Positions 20,258 to 30,680 of a DNA stretch of 64,000 bases are shown in pieces (position 1 is the first letter of the stretch; each line of letters starts with the position of its first letter). Origin of the DNA: Candidatus Poribacteria bacterium (lineage in GTDB: Bacteria; Poribacteria; WGA-4E; WGA-3G); the NCBI GenBank assembly GCA_965242965.1, contig OZ251518.1, positions 896,001 through 960,000 of the forward strand. Reading direction: 5' to 3'. The notes beneath the pieces were generated by a model. That model had not been told where the DNA came from. It searched no databases and saw nothing but the letters and a program-made list of their open reading frames with translations. A program made the translations under genes and the position numbers.

Positions 20258-20818
20258 GTAGGGCGAGGGCCTGTCCCTCGCCATCGCTCGCACTACGGAA
20301 AAAACGTCTCTGGTTCTCTTCAGGTCCGTAGGACCTGCATGTCTATAGCACGTGAGGCTGCGAAGAACGCTAAGGTCCTTTAGGTCCTTAATAGATTTTG
20401 CCAGGGCCGCGCGTATTTTTTATTAAGGACCTAAAGGACCTTGAAAACGGGACGACACGTGTTTCTATAGACATTAAGGACCTAAAGGACCTAAAACGAT
20501 GCGTAGGAAAAAAAAACGGCGTGCGTTACCGTAGGGCGGGGGCCTGTCCCTCGCCATCGTCCGTGCACTCCAACGCTCGCGGGGGACAGGCCCCCGCGAG
20601 CTCCATCGTCATGAGGTGTGCTTTCCCCTCTGTAGTTTGTGATCGCCTGATCACAAACGGGTCGGGATCAGGCGATCCCGAACTACAGGGTCTGGCGCGA
20701 GAACGCTGGCGAGGGACAGGCCCTCGCCCTACGATGAAAGGGGGGATTTCTGCCGCCCTATTGCATCGAGACCGGGAGGTCTCTCCTACTGGGAAGACAT
20801 TGAGATATGAAACACCCG
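20258..20818. repeat. REP mosaic including the AGGTCC-n3-GGACCT / ATGTCTATAG family
   Basis: Inverted pair of CTATAGACAT-linked hairpins plus GTAG families; ends in TATGAAACACCC. Confidence 0.9.
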
Positions 20819-20829
20819 CAATTATTTTC

Positions 20830-20859
20830 TTGACATATCTCCGCGAAATTTGCTAAAAT
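20830..20859 (+). promoter_or_regulatory. sigma70-type promoter of the sulfatase operon
   Basis: TTGACA, 18 nt, TAAAAT with TGn. Confidence 0.6.
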
Positions 20860-20919
20860 GAAAAAAGCATTCAGGAAATTGGAAAATTGCTTGACGCACG
20901 ATGGATTGAGGAGAAATAT

Positions 20920-22284
20920 ATGGCAAATACACAAAAACCTAACGTCCTTGTCTTTTTTACAGACCAGCAGCGGTGGGATACTTCTGGATTACACGGCAAT
21001 CCACTGGATCTGATGCCGAACTTTGACCGGATGGCGCAGCGGGGGACGCACGTTCACCGTGCCTTCACGTGTCAGCCGGTGTGCGGACCGGCGCGTTCCT
21101 GCTTGCAGACAGGGCTCTATGCTACGCGCACCGGATGCTTCCGCAACGGCATCCCGTTATCGCCAAACCTGAAAACGCTCGCGCACCACTTCGGTGAGGC
21201 AGGATATGCCACCGGCTATATCGGCAAGTGGCACCTCTATAGTGGGCGCGGCAAGGGCCCGGGACCTGTCCCTGCCGGGCATCGCGGCGGGTATGATTAC
21301 TGGTTAGCCTCCAACACGCTGGAGTTCACGTCCGATGCTTACCAGACGACGCTTTACGATAACGACGAACAGCCGGTGGATTTGCCCGGCTATCGCGTAG
21401 ACGCGCTCACCGATGCCGTGATCCGGTATATTGATAACCATAAGCAGGAGCCGTTTTATCTGTTTACCTCTTACATTGAGCCGCATCACCAGAACCATTT
21501 GGACGATTATCCGCCGCCAGATGGATATCGGGAACGGTATACGGGGAAGTGGATTCCGCCGGACCTCGCCGCGCTGGGCGGCTCAACGCACCAGCACCTC
21601 GGCGGCTACTACGGCATGGTGAAACGGCTCGATGAAGCATTGGGACGCATCTTGGACGCGCTCAAGAGTCTCAACCAGCTTGATAACACGATTCTCCTCT
21701 TCACGTCAGACCACGGGTGTCACTTCAAAACCCGCAACGGCGAGTATAAGCGTTCGTGCCACGAAAGTTCCATTCGCGTGCCGACAGCGTTTCACGGGCC
21801 GGGGTTCATCAACGGCGGGCAAATCCAAGAACTAGTTAGCCTCGTCGATCTGCCGCCAACGCTGTTAGATGCCGCGGGCTTGGAAGTGCCGGGTGAGATG
21901 CAGGGACGTTCCATCATGCCGCTCCTAAGTGGTGATAACACTGAGTGGCCGGAAGAGGTCTTCGTGCAAATTAGCGAGGCGCAAGTAGGACGCGCGGTGC
22001 GAACACAACGCTGGAAGTATGGCGTTGATGCACCGGAGAAAAACGGCGGCAGGGACGCAGGTTCGTCGCATTATGTAGAGCAATACCTCTACGATTTGCA
22101 GGCGGATCCTTATGAATTGCGGAACCTCATCGGTTTGCAATCACATGAGATTGTGACGGAGGTGATGCGGGAACGGCTCATCCGCAGGATGCTTGAGGCG
22201 GGTGAAGAGGCACCGACAATCGGAAAGGCACCTACGCAGCGAAGTGGGCAACGCAGCGTTACTGAAGCAGAGGCAAGGAGTTGA
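20920..22284 (+). CDS. Formylglycine-dependent sulfatase
   Basis: PNVLVFFTDQQR, CGPAR (CxPxR), GYIGKWH, TSDHG; GAGGAG RBS. Confidence 0.93.
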   Translation: MANTQKPNVLVFFTDQQRWDTSGLHGNPLDLMPNFDRMAQRGTHVHRAFTCQPVCGPARSCLQTGLYATRTGCFRNGIPLSPNLKTLAHHFGEAGYATGYIGKWHLYSGRGKGPGPVPAGHRGGYDYWLASNTLEFTSDAYQTTLYDNDEQPVDLPGYRVDALTDAVIRYIDNHKQEPFYLFTSYIEPHHQNHLDDYPPPDGYRERYTGKWIPPDLAALGGSTHQHLGGYYGMVKRLDEALGRILDALKSLNQLDNTILLFTSDHGCHFKTRNGEYKRSCHESSIRVPTAFHGPGFINGGQIQELVSLVDLPPTLLDAAGLEVPGEMQGRSIMPLLSGDNTEWPEEVFVQISEAQVGRAVRTQRWKYGVDAPEKNGGRDAGSSHYVEQYLYDLQADPYELRNLIGLQSHEIVTEVMRERLIRRMLEAGEEAPTIGKAPTQRSGQRSVTEAEARS

Positions 22285-22285
22285 T

Positions 22286-23431
22286 ATGAAAATTACAGAT
22301 GTCAAAACCCTCGTGATGGGGACGAGTTGGCGCAATCTTACCTTCGTTAAGGTAGAAACCGATGAAGGCGTGACAGGCATCAGCGAAGTGCGGATGAATA
22401 ACCGCACCGATGCGCTCGTCGCTTATTTAGACGGCGTGAAGAAACGGCATGTCATTGGCTGCGATCCGTTCAATACGGAAGACCTTTATCAACGGATGTT
22501 TCGCAACGACTATGGCCGCGCCGGTGAAATCGTGGCTACCGGCATTAGCGTTGTGGAAATCGCTTGTTGGGATATTATCGGCAAGGTGCTTAATCAACCT
22601 GTCTATCGCCTGCTCGGCGGCGCGTGCCGCAACGAGATCAAGGCGTATGCAAACGGCTGGTATCGCGTTGAACGCGAGCCGGCAGAGTTTCACGCCGCCG
22701 CGAAAAGGGTGCTGGAGAAAGGCTACAAGGCACTTAAGTTCGATCCGTTCGGTGCGGGCTACTACGAACTCTCTTATGAAGAGAAGTTGAAGTCGGTATC
22801 CCTCGTCGAAGCGGTGCGCGATGCCGTCGGTGCTGACGTTGAGATTCTGGTTGAGATGCACGGCAGGTTTAGTCCCTATACCGCCATCGAAATCTCGGCG
22901 GAATTGGAGCAGTTCAAGCCGAGTTGGGTAGAGGAGCCGGTGCCGCCGGATAATATTGCCGCGCTCGCAAAGGCGGCGGATAAAATTAATCTACCTGTCG
23001 CTACCGGCGAACGCCTCCACAACAAGTATGAATACCGCGAGCTGATTAACCTGCAGGCGGCGGACATCTTGCAACCGGACATTACGCAGACAGGCGGCTT
23101 TTCTGAAACCAAGAAAATCGCGGCGATGGGGGACATGTGCTATATGACTGTGGCACCGCACAACGTCGGCGGGCCTGTCTCTACAGCGACGGCTCTCCAT
23201 TTCGCCGCGTCCACGCCGAATTTCAAGATTCAGGAGCATTTCAACGATTTCTCCGAGGCGTGGGTGAAGGAGGCGGCGACCGGCTGTCCGGAAGTCATTG
23301 ACGGCTATTTCAGTCTTCCCGACGGACCCGGCCTCGGCATGGAATTGAACGAGGAGCTCATCGCTGAGCATCCTTATCGCGAGGGTTCGTTCAATCTCTG
23401 GGAAGAGGATTGGCATAAGCGGGAGTATTAA
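22286..23431 (+). CDS. Mandelate racemase/galactonate dehydratase-like enolase superfamily protein
   Basis: YANGW, KFDPF, EMHGR, WVEEP, TGER, QPDI, APHN; AAGGAG RBS, 1 nt after the sulfatase stop. Confidence 0.9.
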   Translation: MKITDVKTLVMGTSWRNLTFVKVETDEGVTGISEVRMNNRTDALVAYLDGVKKRHVIGCDPFNTEDLYQRMFRNDYGRAGEIVATGISVVEIACWDIIGKVLNQPVYRLLGGACRNEIKAYANGWYRVEREPAEFHAAAKRVLEKGYKALKFDPFGAGYYELSYEEKLKSVSLVEAVRDAVGADVEILVEMHGRFSPYTAIEISAELEQFKPSWVEEPVPPDNIAALAKAADKINLPVATGERLHNKYEYRELINLQAADILQPDITQTGGFSETKKIAAMGDMCYMTVAPHNVGGPVSTATALHFAASTPNFKIQEHFNDFSEAWVKEAATGCPEVIDGYFSLPDGPGLGMELNEELIAEHPYREGSFNLWEEDWHKREY

Positions 23432-23438
23432 TGTGAGC

Positions 23439-24197
23439 GTGCCTATTCCGTGCCTATTCCGTAGGGCGAGGGCCTGTCCCTCGCCATCGCTCGCACAATC
23501 CAACAATCGCGGGGGACAGGCCCCCGCGCTACGGTGAAAAAAACGGTTTTTATTACCGTCGCGGAGGACAGGCCCCCGCGCTACGATGGAAAAACGCCAC
23601 CCTTCACCGTAGGGCGAGGGCCTGTCCCTCGCCAGGCCGGGTCACAAAGACAATGTTAATTATCGTAGGGCGAGGGCCTGTCCCTCGCCATGCCTAATGT
23701 CCCCAAACCCCGTTTTGACTGTTTTTCCGAAACGGAATTATTTCGGTTTCCGCGGCGATCGCGGCACGACGAGGGACAGGCCCTCGTCCTACGGTTAAAA
23801 GCAGCCATCTCGGTTTCCCCGGCGCGCGGCACGACGAGGGACAGGCCCTCGTCCTACGGTTAATTGAGGGTGTTTCATAAATCCGCATCGGGCCCACCTC
23901 TGTAGTTCGGGAGCGCCCGCTCCCGAACGGGTCAGGATCAGGCGATCCTGACCTACAGGGGGTGATGCGGTCTGACAGCAAAAACGCACGACGAGGGACA
24001 GGCCCTCGTCCTACGGTGAAGGGCAGCGGTAGGAGAGACCTCCCGGTCTCGATTTTCGCGGCGATCGCGGCACGACGAGGGACAGGCCCTCGTCCTACGG
24101 TTAATTGAGGGTGTTTCATAAATCCGCATCGGGCCCACCTCTGTAGTTCGGGAGCGCCCGCTCCCGAACGGGTCAAGATCAGGCGATCTTGACCTAC
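23439..24197. repeat. REP mosaic containing a ~131-bp direct repeat (about 23826-23956 and 24067-24197)
   Basis: Local variant GACGAGGGACAGGCCCTCGTCCTAC x4; two GAGGGTGTTTCATAA ends. Confidence 0.9.
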
Positions 24198-24217
24198 GAA
24201 GGGCCGCGCCAATTTGA

Positions 24218-25513
<1,296 letters not shown>

Positions 25514-25521
25514 TTGCCTGG

Positions 25522-26070
25522 AGCAGGATTTGAAGCAGGATTTTCAAGATTTCGCACGATTTCGCAAGATTATAGGTTTTGATGGGTCGAATAGCTCGTG
25601 GCGTGCCAAAACCGCGCCGGCGCATCGGAGACCTAATCCTGGTAAATCTTGTATAATCGTGAGAATCCTGCTCCGGATTTGCAAGATTAGGGGTTTTTAT
25701 TCCGCCGAAACGTCTCTTTAGGTCTGTAAGACCTTAATGTCTATAGCGCGCAGCGACGCGAAGATGGCTAAGGTCTGTAAGACCTTAATGTGTTTGTAGT
25801 TATCCAAATCGCGCCGCCTTCACCGTAGTGCGAGGGCCTGTCCCTCGCAAGGCGGATAGCCAGAGCCGCCCCCTTCCACCGTAGCGCGAGGAGAAGGCGC
25901 GCCTACTGCATCGAGACCGGGAGGTCTCTCCTACCGCTCCATTCCACCGTAGTGCGAGGGCCTGTCCCTCGCAATGCAGATGGCCAGAGCCGCCCCCATT
26001 CCACCGTAGCGCGGTGGGAAAACCTGTCCCTCGCAATGCGATGAGTTCACGGGGGACAGGCCCCCGTGCT
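25522..26070. repeat. Repeat cluster: CAGGATT/AATCCTG 9-mer-type repeats, CTATAG family and GTAG REPs
   Basis: Direct inspection of repeated motifs. Confidence 0.82.
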
Positions 26071-26094
26071 GTGTTCAAGGAAATCTCGCTCATC

Positions 26095-27102
26095 TTACAA
26101 CCACTTCTCCAAAAACGCAATCCCGGGCTCTACATCAATCTCATGCTCACCAAGGAAATGATCGAGGACGAGATTCTCCCGTTTGCCAGAGGCGGCGTAG
26201 ATACCGTCTAAATGCCCGAACGCCGCCACCGCATCTTCGACAATAAAACATTTATCATAAGAGCCGACTTGCACCATGCAAGGACGCGGTGCGATGAGCC
26301 CTGCCACATCGGCGATGTCACCGTGCTTTCGCAGCCCGAACATAAACTGCGAGCCGCACGTATTGCCGCGGCCCCTGTCGTTCAGCGCATCTGTCAAAGT
26401 GCTCAGATAGCAGACGATTACCGCCGCCTTGACGCGCCGATCCAGCGCGGAAATATAGGTTGTCATCGTGCCGCCGAAGGAGCAGCCCATGCATCCCAAA
26501 CGCTTGCTGTCTACTTCTGGCATCGATTGCAGATAGTCAAGGCATCGCTGTCCATCGGAGATGTGGAGTTGGAGCAACTGATATCCAAAATAGCCGAGTG
26601 CGAGATAGGCGATGTTGCATCCGTCGCGTCCGGGGCGGCGTGCCCATTCGTCTCTATCCTTTCGTTCGCCGAAGCACCGCCAATCTGGTGCCATCGTGAC
26701 GAAGCCGCGCTTAGTCAGTTCCACGGCGTATTGCTTCTGATAATCCTCGACAATGCCGACTGCGCCATCTTTGCCAACGCCGTGTCCGTGTGCGCAAAGC
26801 ACTGCGGGTGCCGGGTTCGCCGCGCTCGCGCCATCAGGAATTAAGACATAGGCAGGGATAGAAGAGAACGCATCTGGGTTAAAGATAATCTTCTCCCGCG
26901 TGTAGCCGTCAAGTTGCGTCCGTTCCAGCGTTTCCACTTTGAGCGGCACCGCTTCCGGTTTCGGTCCCAGATGTTTCACTAGGTTGCGTCGGAATTTCCT
27001 GCGCCAGTCCTGCCATTCGGATTGCGTTGTGCCGTTGAAGTGGAGGGGTGGCGTTGTTTTGAGGAGGTGTTGGACGCTTTGTTCTGTGGTTAGGAATCTC
27101 AT
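26095..27102 (-). CDS. Alpha/beta hydrolase (dienelactone hydrolase/acetyl xylan esterase-like)
   Basis: LCAHGHG, GCSFGG nucleophile elbow, LIAPRP, GEH. Confidence 0.85.
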   Translation of the reverse strand: MRFLTTEQSVQHLLKTTPPLHFNGTTQSEWQDWRRKFRRNLVKHLGPKPEAVPLKVETLERTQLDGYTREKIIFNPDAFSSIPAYVLIPDGASAANPAPAVLCAHGHGVGKDGAVGIVEDYQKQYAVELTKRGFVTMAPDWRCFGERKDRDEWARRPGRDGCNIAYLALGYFGYQLLQLHISDGQRCLDYLQSMPEVDSKRLGCMGCSFGGTMTTYISALDRRVKAAVIVCYLSTLTDALNDRGRGNTCGSQFMFGLRKHGDIADVAGLIAPRPCMVQVGSYDKCFIVEDAVAAFGHLDGIYAASGKRENLVLDHFLGEHEIDVEPGIAFLEKWL

Positions 27103-27139
27103 GGGGTTTGTCTCCGTGTTGATTTTCGTGATTGTCTGG

Positions 27140-27757
27140 AGCAGGATTTCCAAGATTTCCAGGATTTGCAGGATTAGAGGGCTCTTGGCGAGGCAAATCA
27201 GCTTTCCTACCGTAGCGCGGGGGCCTGTCCCCCGCGATCTACCAACCTATGCGGAAAACGTCCGCAACCCAGAGACTACGGATGTTTGCTGCTAAGATCG
27301 GCGCATGGCGAGGGACAGGCCCTCGCACTACGTACCATGCGGCGATTGCCTATTTCTTACCGTAGCGCGGGGGCCTGTCCCCCGCGAGCCTCTTGTTGTC
27401 TGGAGCAGGATTTCCAAGATTTACACGATTTACACGATTATCTCCCGCGCAACGAGCATTCCTTTTGCAATGGATGCCTCTTAGGTCCTTTAGGACCTAC
27501 ATGTCTATAGAAAAACAGACATGCCCCCGTTTTCAAGGTCTGCTAGGACCTTAATGAAACGAGACATACGGCACAACTACACATTAAGGTCCTACGGACC
27601 TTAGGTTCATCGTGTCGCGAGGAGCTATAGACATTAAGGTCTTACAGACCTTAGGCATAGCGAGGGACAGGCCTTCGCCCTACGTGAAAGGGCGGCGTTT
27701 TTTCACCGAATCGCAGGTGCCTGTCACCGCGACGTTGAGCGAATTATGAAACACTCG
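27140..27757. repeat. REP mosaic cluster
   Basis: CAGGATT repeats, GTAG REPs and CTATAG hairpins; ends in TTATGAAACACTC. Confidence 0.85.
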
Positions 27758-27829
27758 CAATTAACCTGAATCGTTCGGGCTCGCTCAATGCCGAACTAGA
27801 GGCGCGAGACGTATCAAGTTAATTTCATA

Positions 27830-28231
27830 TCACACAGTGCCATCCATAGGTTCTAAGGCAAGCATGTCCTCGGTATACGCATTGACATCGTCGTTGACAA
27901 CGGCGCGATCTACGCAGACGCGGGTGTGAAACCCTAACCCCGTGAGAATTTCAAATAAATTATCTAGGGACAGCGCGTGCTTTGCCTCAAGCGTTCTGTA
28001 GAGACGTTGCAAGCTGCCATTTGTGCGCGCTGCCAATTTCTCAACCCCGCCCTGTGCTTCAACTACCGTGCGGATGGCGTTGGCGAGGATTTCGGTATTG
28101 CCGTCCTTCTCATATTCCTCTAGAGAGACTTCCAGATAGTGCTTTGCAGACTCTGGGTTTGCGAGGAATTTGAGGAGGAAGTCGCTGAAGTTTCCGGTGC
28201 GCCGAAGAATGAAGTCATTGTTCATCAGCAT
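27830..28231 (-). CDS. Addiction-module antidote protein (HTH antitoxin)
   Basis: YLEVSLEE...LANAIRTVVEAQGGVEKLA...LYRTL...SLDNLFEILTGLG; overlaps the toxin stop; start is 28231 or 28225. Confidence 0.82.
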   Translation of the reverse strand: MLMNNDFILRRTGNFSDFLLKFLANPESAKHYLEVSLEEYEKDGNTEILANAIRTVVEAQGGVEKLAARTNGSLQRLYRTLEAKHALSLDNLFEILTGLGFHTRVCVDRAVVNDDVNAYTEDMLALEPMDGTV

Positions 28232-28556
28232 TTCTCCTAAATTCATTCCAATAGTTTTGGGCTCTTGCAATATCGCGATGCTGCGTTCCTTTTGTTCCGC
28301 CGCAAAGCAAGATCACAACGTTGTTGCGAAAAACCCCGAAATAGATTCGATAGCCGGCCCCATAGTGGATCCTCAATTCATATAAGTTGCTATCTAACCT
28401 CTTGTAGTCGCCACGGTGTCCTTGCCGCAGACGCTCAATCCGCTCGGTAATGAGAGCCTGCACTTTGGTATCGCGAAGCTGCATGAACCATTGTTCAAAA
28501 GGATTGCGCCCCGCGGGTGTAAGATAGTAGAGGATCCTTCTCCGTTTCATTTGCAT
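28215..28556 (-). CDS. RelE/ParE-family addiction-module killer toxin
   Basis: PFEQWF..LRD...RIERL..G..GD.K....LYELRIHYGAGYRIYF.....VILLCGG.K..Q..DI..A. Confidence 0.9.
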   Translation of the reverse strand: MQMKRRRILYYLTPAGRNPFEQWFMQLRDTKVQALITERIERLRQGHRGDYKRLDSNLYELRIHYGAGYRIYFGVFRNNVVILLCGGTKGTQHRDIARAQNYWNEFRRNADEQ

Positions 28557-28562
28557 GTTTTA

Positions 28563-28591
28563 AGTATAAAATATTTTTAGCAAATTGTCAA
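28563..28591 (-). promoter_or_regulatory. TA promoter (leaderless) with AAAATATTTT palindrome in the spacer
   Basis: TTGACA, 17 nt, TATACT; ATG 6 nt downstream. Confidence 0.6.
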
Positions 28592-28628
28592 ACGAGGTCC
28601 GGAGGCGGCATCGCGGCTGTTGTCTGAA

Positions 28629-28940
28629 TCAGGATTTGCAGGATCATGTCTACAGTAAAGACATTTCTGCAGGAAGAAGGACGATTAGGAAAACCTGATT
28701 GTCTTGACAGGCGTAACCCTGCAGAGATGACCATTTATAGGATTTGCAGGATTAGGGGTTTTGTTGAAGCAAACTTCCTTCCCTCGTAGAGCAGGAGCCT
28801 GTCTCCGGTGCCCGTAGTCACCTTGCGAGGGACAGGCACTCTCGCTACGAGGCTGAGGGACGGTTTCAGCAACGCAATTTTCTCTCGCGTAGTTTCGGGC
28901 TCTCCCGATTTCAGTCAAGTCAGGCTCAGGAAGTCTTGAC
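28629..28940. repeat. Degenerate REP cluster
   Basis: Decayed GCGAGGGACAGGCACTCTCGCTAC, GTAGTTTCGGGCTCTCCCG and CAGGATT repeats. Confidence 0.6.
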
Positions 28941-29000
28941 TTATAAATGAATTTGATATAACCGCCCACGAACTAATAGGAAAAGTGCAACGATTTTCAT
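28941..29000 (-). CDS. 19-codon small ORF MKIVALFLLVRGRLYQIHL (peptide or truncated gene start)
   Basis: GGAGG RBS 6 nt upstream of ATG; hydrophobic N-terminus. Confidence 0.35.
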   Translation of the reverse strand: MKIVALFLLVRGRLYQIHL

Positions 29001-29051
29001 GATAATCCTCCGTGATAGTCAGCAGGAATCCGCACCTGCCCCTATCAGATG

Positions 29052-29086
29052 TGTCATGCAGGGACATCCGTGTGTCCCCGCATGAC
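29052..29086. terminator. Stem-loop downstream of the 29345 gene
   Basis: GTCATGC-AGGGACA...TGTCCCC-GCATGAC inverted repeat; no clear U tract. Confidence 0.4.
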
Positions 29087-29103
29087 TGACTAGAGCAACT
29101 TCG

Positions 29104-29345
29104 TCAGTGGTGAAGAAGTTTATTCAACTCTTCAGTTGCCGAGAGGATCGTTTTTTCGTTTTCACGAATCGCCTTATCCAACTCAATTGCTGTCTCGGCA
29201 GAACACTCCTCGGCGTAGAATTTTTTTTCTTGAGGAGTTCGTTCCGCTTTTCGGCTTCATCAATAACGCGCTGAGCATTCTTACGAACATCATCGCGTAT
29301 TTCACCAGCCTCTTTTATGAGCTGGTTCATCTGACTGCGTCCCAT
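29104..29345 (-). CDS. Small coiled-coil protein with an apparent frameshift at an A8 tract
   Basis: AGAGGT RBS; adding one A at 29221-29228 gives ...LLKKKKFYAEECSAETAIELDKAIRENEKTILSATEELNKLLHH*. Confidence 0.5.
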
Positions 29346-29547
29346 GAGTTTACCTCTTTTTGAATTTCTTGGAGTTGATCGGTATTGTTCAATTGCAAGT
29401 TCCGGGTTTGACGCGAATAAAATCGGCGCGTCATGATTTACTAAGCGCGATACGGCACGTTCATTCGCGCGCCGCTATAAGTCCGAGTGCCGCCCCGACG
29501 ACGCGACAGAGGCGATTCACGAACTCGCACTATTGACAACAGTTAAT

Positions 29548-29576
29548 AGGATACCACAAAAAACACAATTTTGCAA
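29548..29576 (-). promoter_or_regulatory. sigma70-type promoter, homologous to the one at 9036-9064
   Basis: TTGCAA, 17 nt, TATCCT with TGn. Confidence 0.55.
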
Positions 29577-29649
29577 ACAAAAAATGTTCGCGAGATTTTG
29601 TTGACAGGATTTTCGAGAAAACTCTCCGGTCTCAAGTGAAGGGAGTTTG

Positions 29650-29895
29650 TCATTCTTCTCCCCGTATCGCCTTCCCCAATTCCCGGACCCTGTCCAATAT
29701 GAACTGCCACAAAATTTTGGGAATCAGGATAACATGTACCAAAAATGCGGCGAAGATTGCAAAGGCAAAATGTTTACCTTCAAGATCACTAGAATAATTA
29801 TTTGCATCGGCAATCAACAGGACCAAAATAAAAATTGCTATTGATCCTACAATTGCGGTAACAATCCTTTTGTTGCTATAGAACCTATTGTTCAC
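29650..29895 (-). CDS. Small two-TM membrane protein (81 aa)
   Basis: Two hydrophobic helices, GAGGA RBS, own promoter. Confidence 0.6.
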   Translation of the reverse strand: MNNRFYSNKRIVTAIVGSIAIFILVLLIADANNYSSDLEGKHFAFAIFAAFLVHVILIPKILWQFILDRVRELGKAIRGEE

Positions 29896-30035
29896 GTTTT
29901 TACTTCCTCGCTATTCTGAAAAGTGAGGAATAGGCCTTGCCACCCCGTTTCCCCTTCGTCAACCTCACTTAATCATTAAGCGAGGTTCTGCGGAAAACCC
30001 GTCCTTAAACGGTTTCGCCATCGGCGATTTTTAAT

Positions 30036-30064
30036 AAGATACCATGTGATAACAAAAAAGTCAA
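30036..30064 (-). promoter_or_regulatory. sigma70-type promoter of the 81-aa membrane protein
   Basis: TTGACT, 17 nt, TATCTT with TGn. Confidence 0.5.
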
Positions 30065-30071
30065 CCGTTTT

Positions 30072-30680
30072 TTAGACAATCTCATCAATCGCTTCACAAA
30101 CGTCTTCAATGAAATCGACCGCCTGCTCCGAATCAGCAGCAGAAATCGGCCAACGAATCGCAGGCTGACCTGGGGAGCTCGGGGCCCAGTCTGCCTCATG
30201 CGCAATCTGATTTCGGCGATCGACGATGGCAAGGAGCCGATTTTTTACCTCTGGAACGGTTGAATTAAGTTTCGCAGCGACAGATGGCCACAACTCACAT
30301 CCGGAAAAGAGCCGCACTGCATCGGCTATCTTGTCGGGGCGTTGGAATGCCTGATATCCATGCTTTTCGCGAATCTCCTCCTCAAGCCACTCATTACGTC
30401 CCGGTCGGACAATTGCTTTTATCACTGCATCCATGGCGACTTGGAAGCGCGAGAAGGCGTTCGTCTGCGGACGTTTCCCATCGTATCCCTCTAACATACC
30501 GATGCGTGTGATTTCGTGGATGTAGAGATCCATCGCGCTGACGGCCAAAACGATTTGCGAGCGGAGGAGATCTGTCAAATCCACAGCAGGGGTTGTCAAT
30601 TGCCCGAAGGCGTGATAGAGACCGCCGAGGGCGCGAACCCGTTCCATATTTTCTCTGAATTGCTTGATAGGGTTATTCAT
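30072..30680 (-). CDS. HEPN-domain protein (RiboL-PSP-HEPN-like), putative RNase
   Basis: LRSQIVLAVSAMDLYIHE helix and RRNQIAH (Rx4H) motif. Confidence 0.8.
   Translation of the reverse strand: MNNPIKQFRENMERVRALGGLYHAFGQLTTPAVDLTDLLRSQIVLAVSAMDLYIHEITRIGMLEGYDGKRPQTNAFSRFQVAMDAVIKAIVRPGRNEWLEEEIREKHGYQAFQRPDKIADAVRLFSGCELWPSVAAKLNSTVPEVKNRLLAIVDRRNQIAHEADWAPSSPGQPAIRWPISAADSEQAVDFIEDVCEAIDEIV

Noticed and set aside
29950-29995. GAACC-stem-GGTTGACGA resembles the start of the glmS ribozyme or a hammerhead core
   Set aside because: Lacks AGCGCC and the downstream P2.1 elements, the gene is not glmS, and there is no CUGANGA-stem II-GAAA arrangement.
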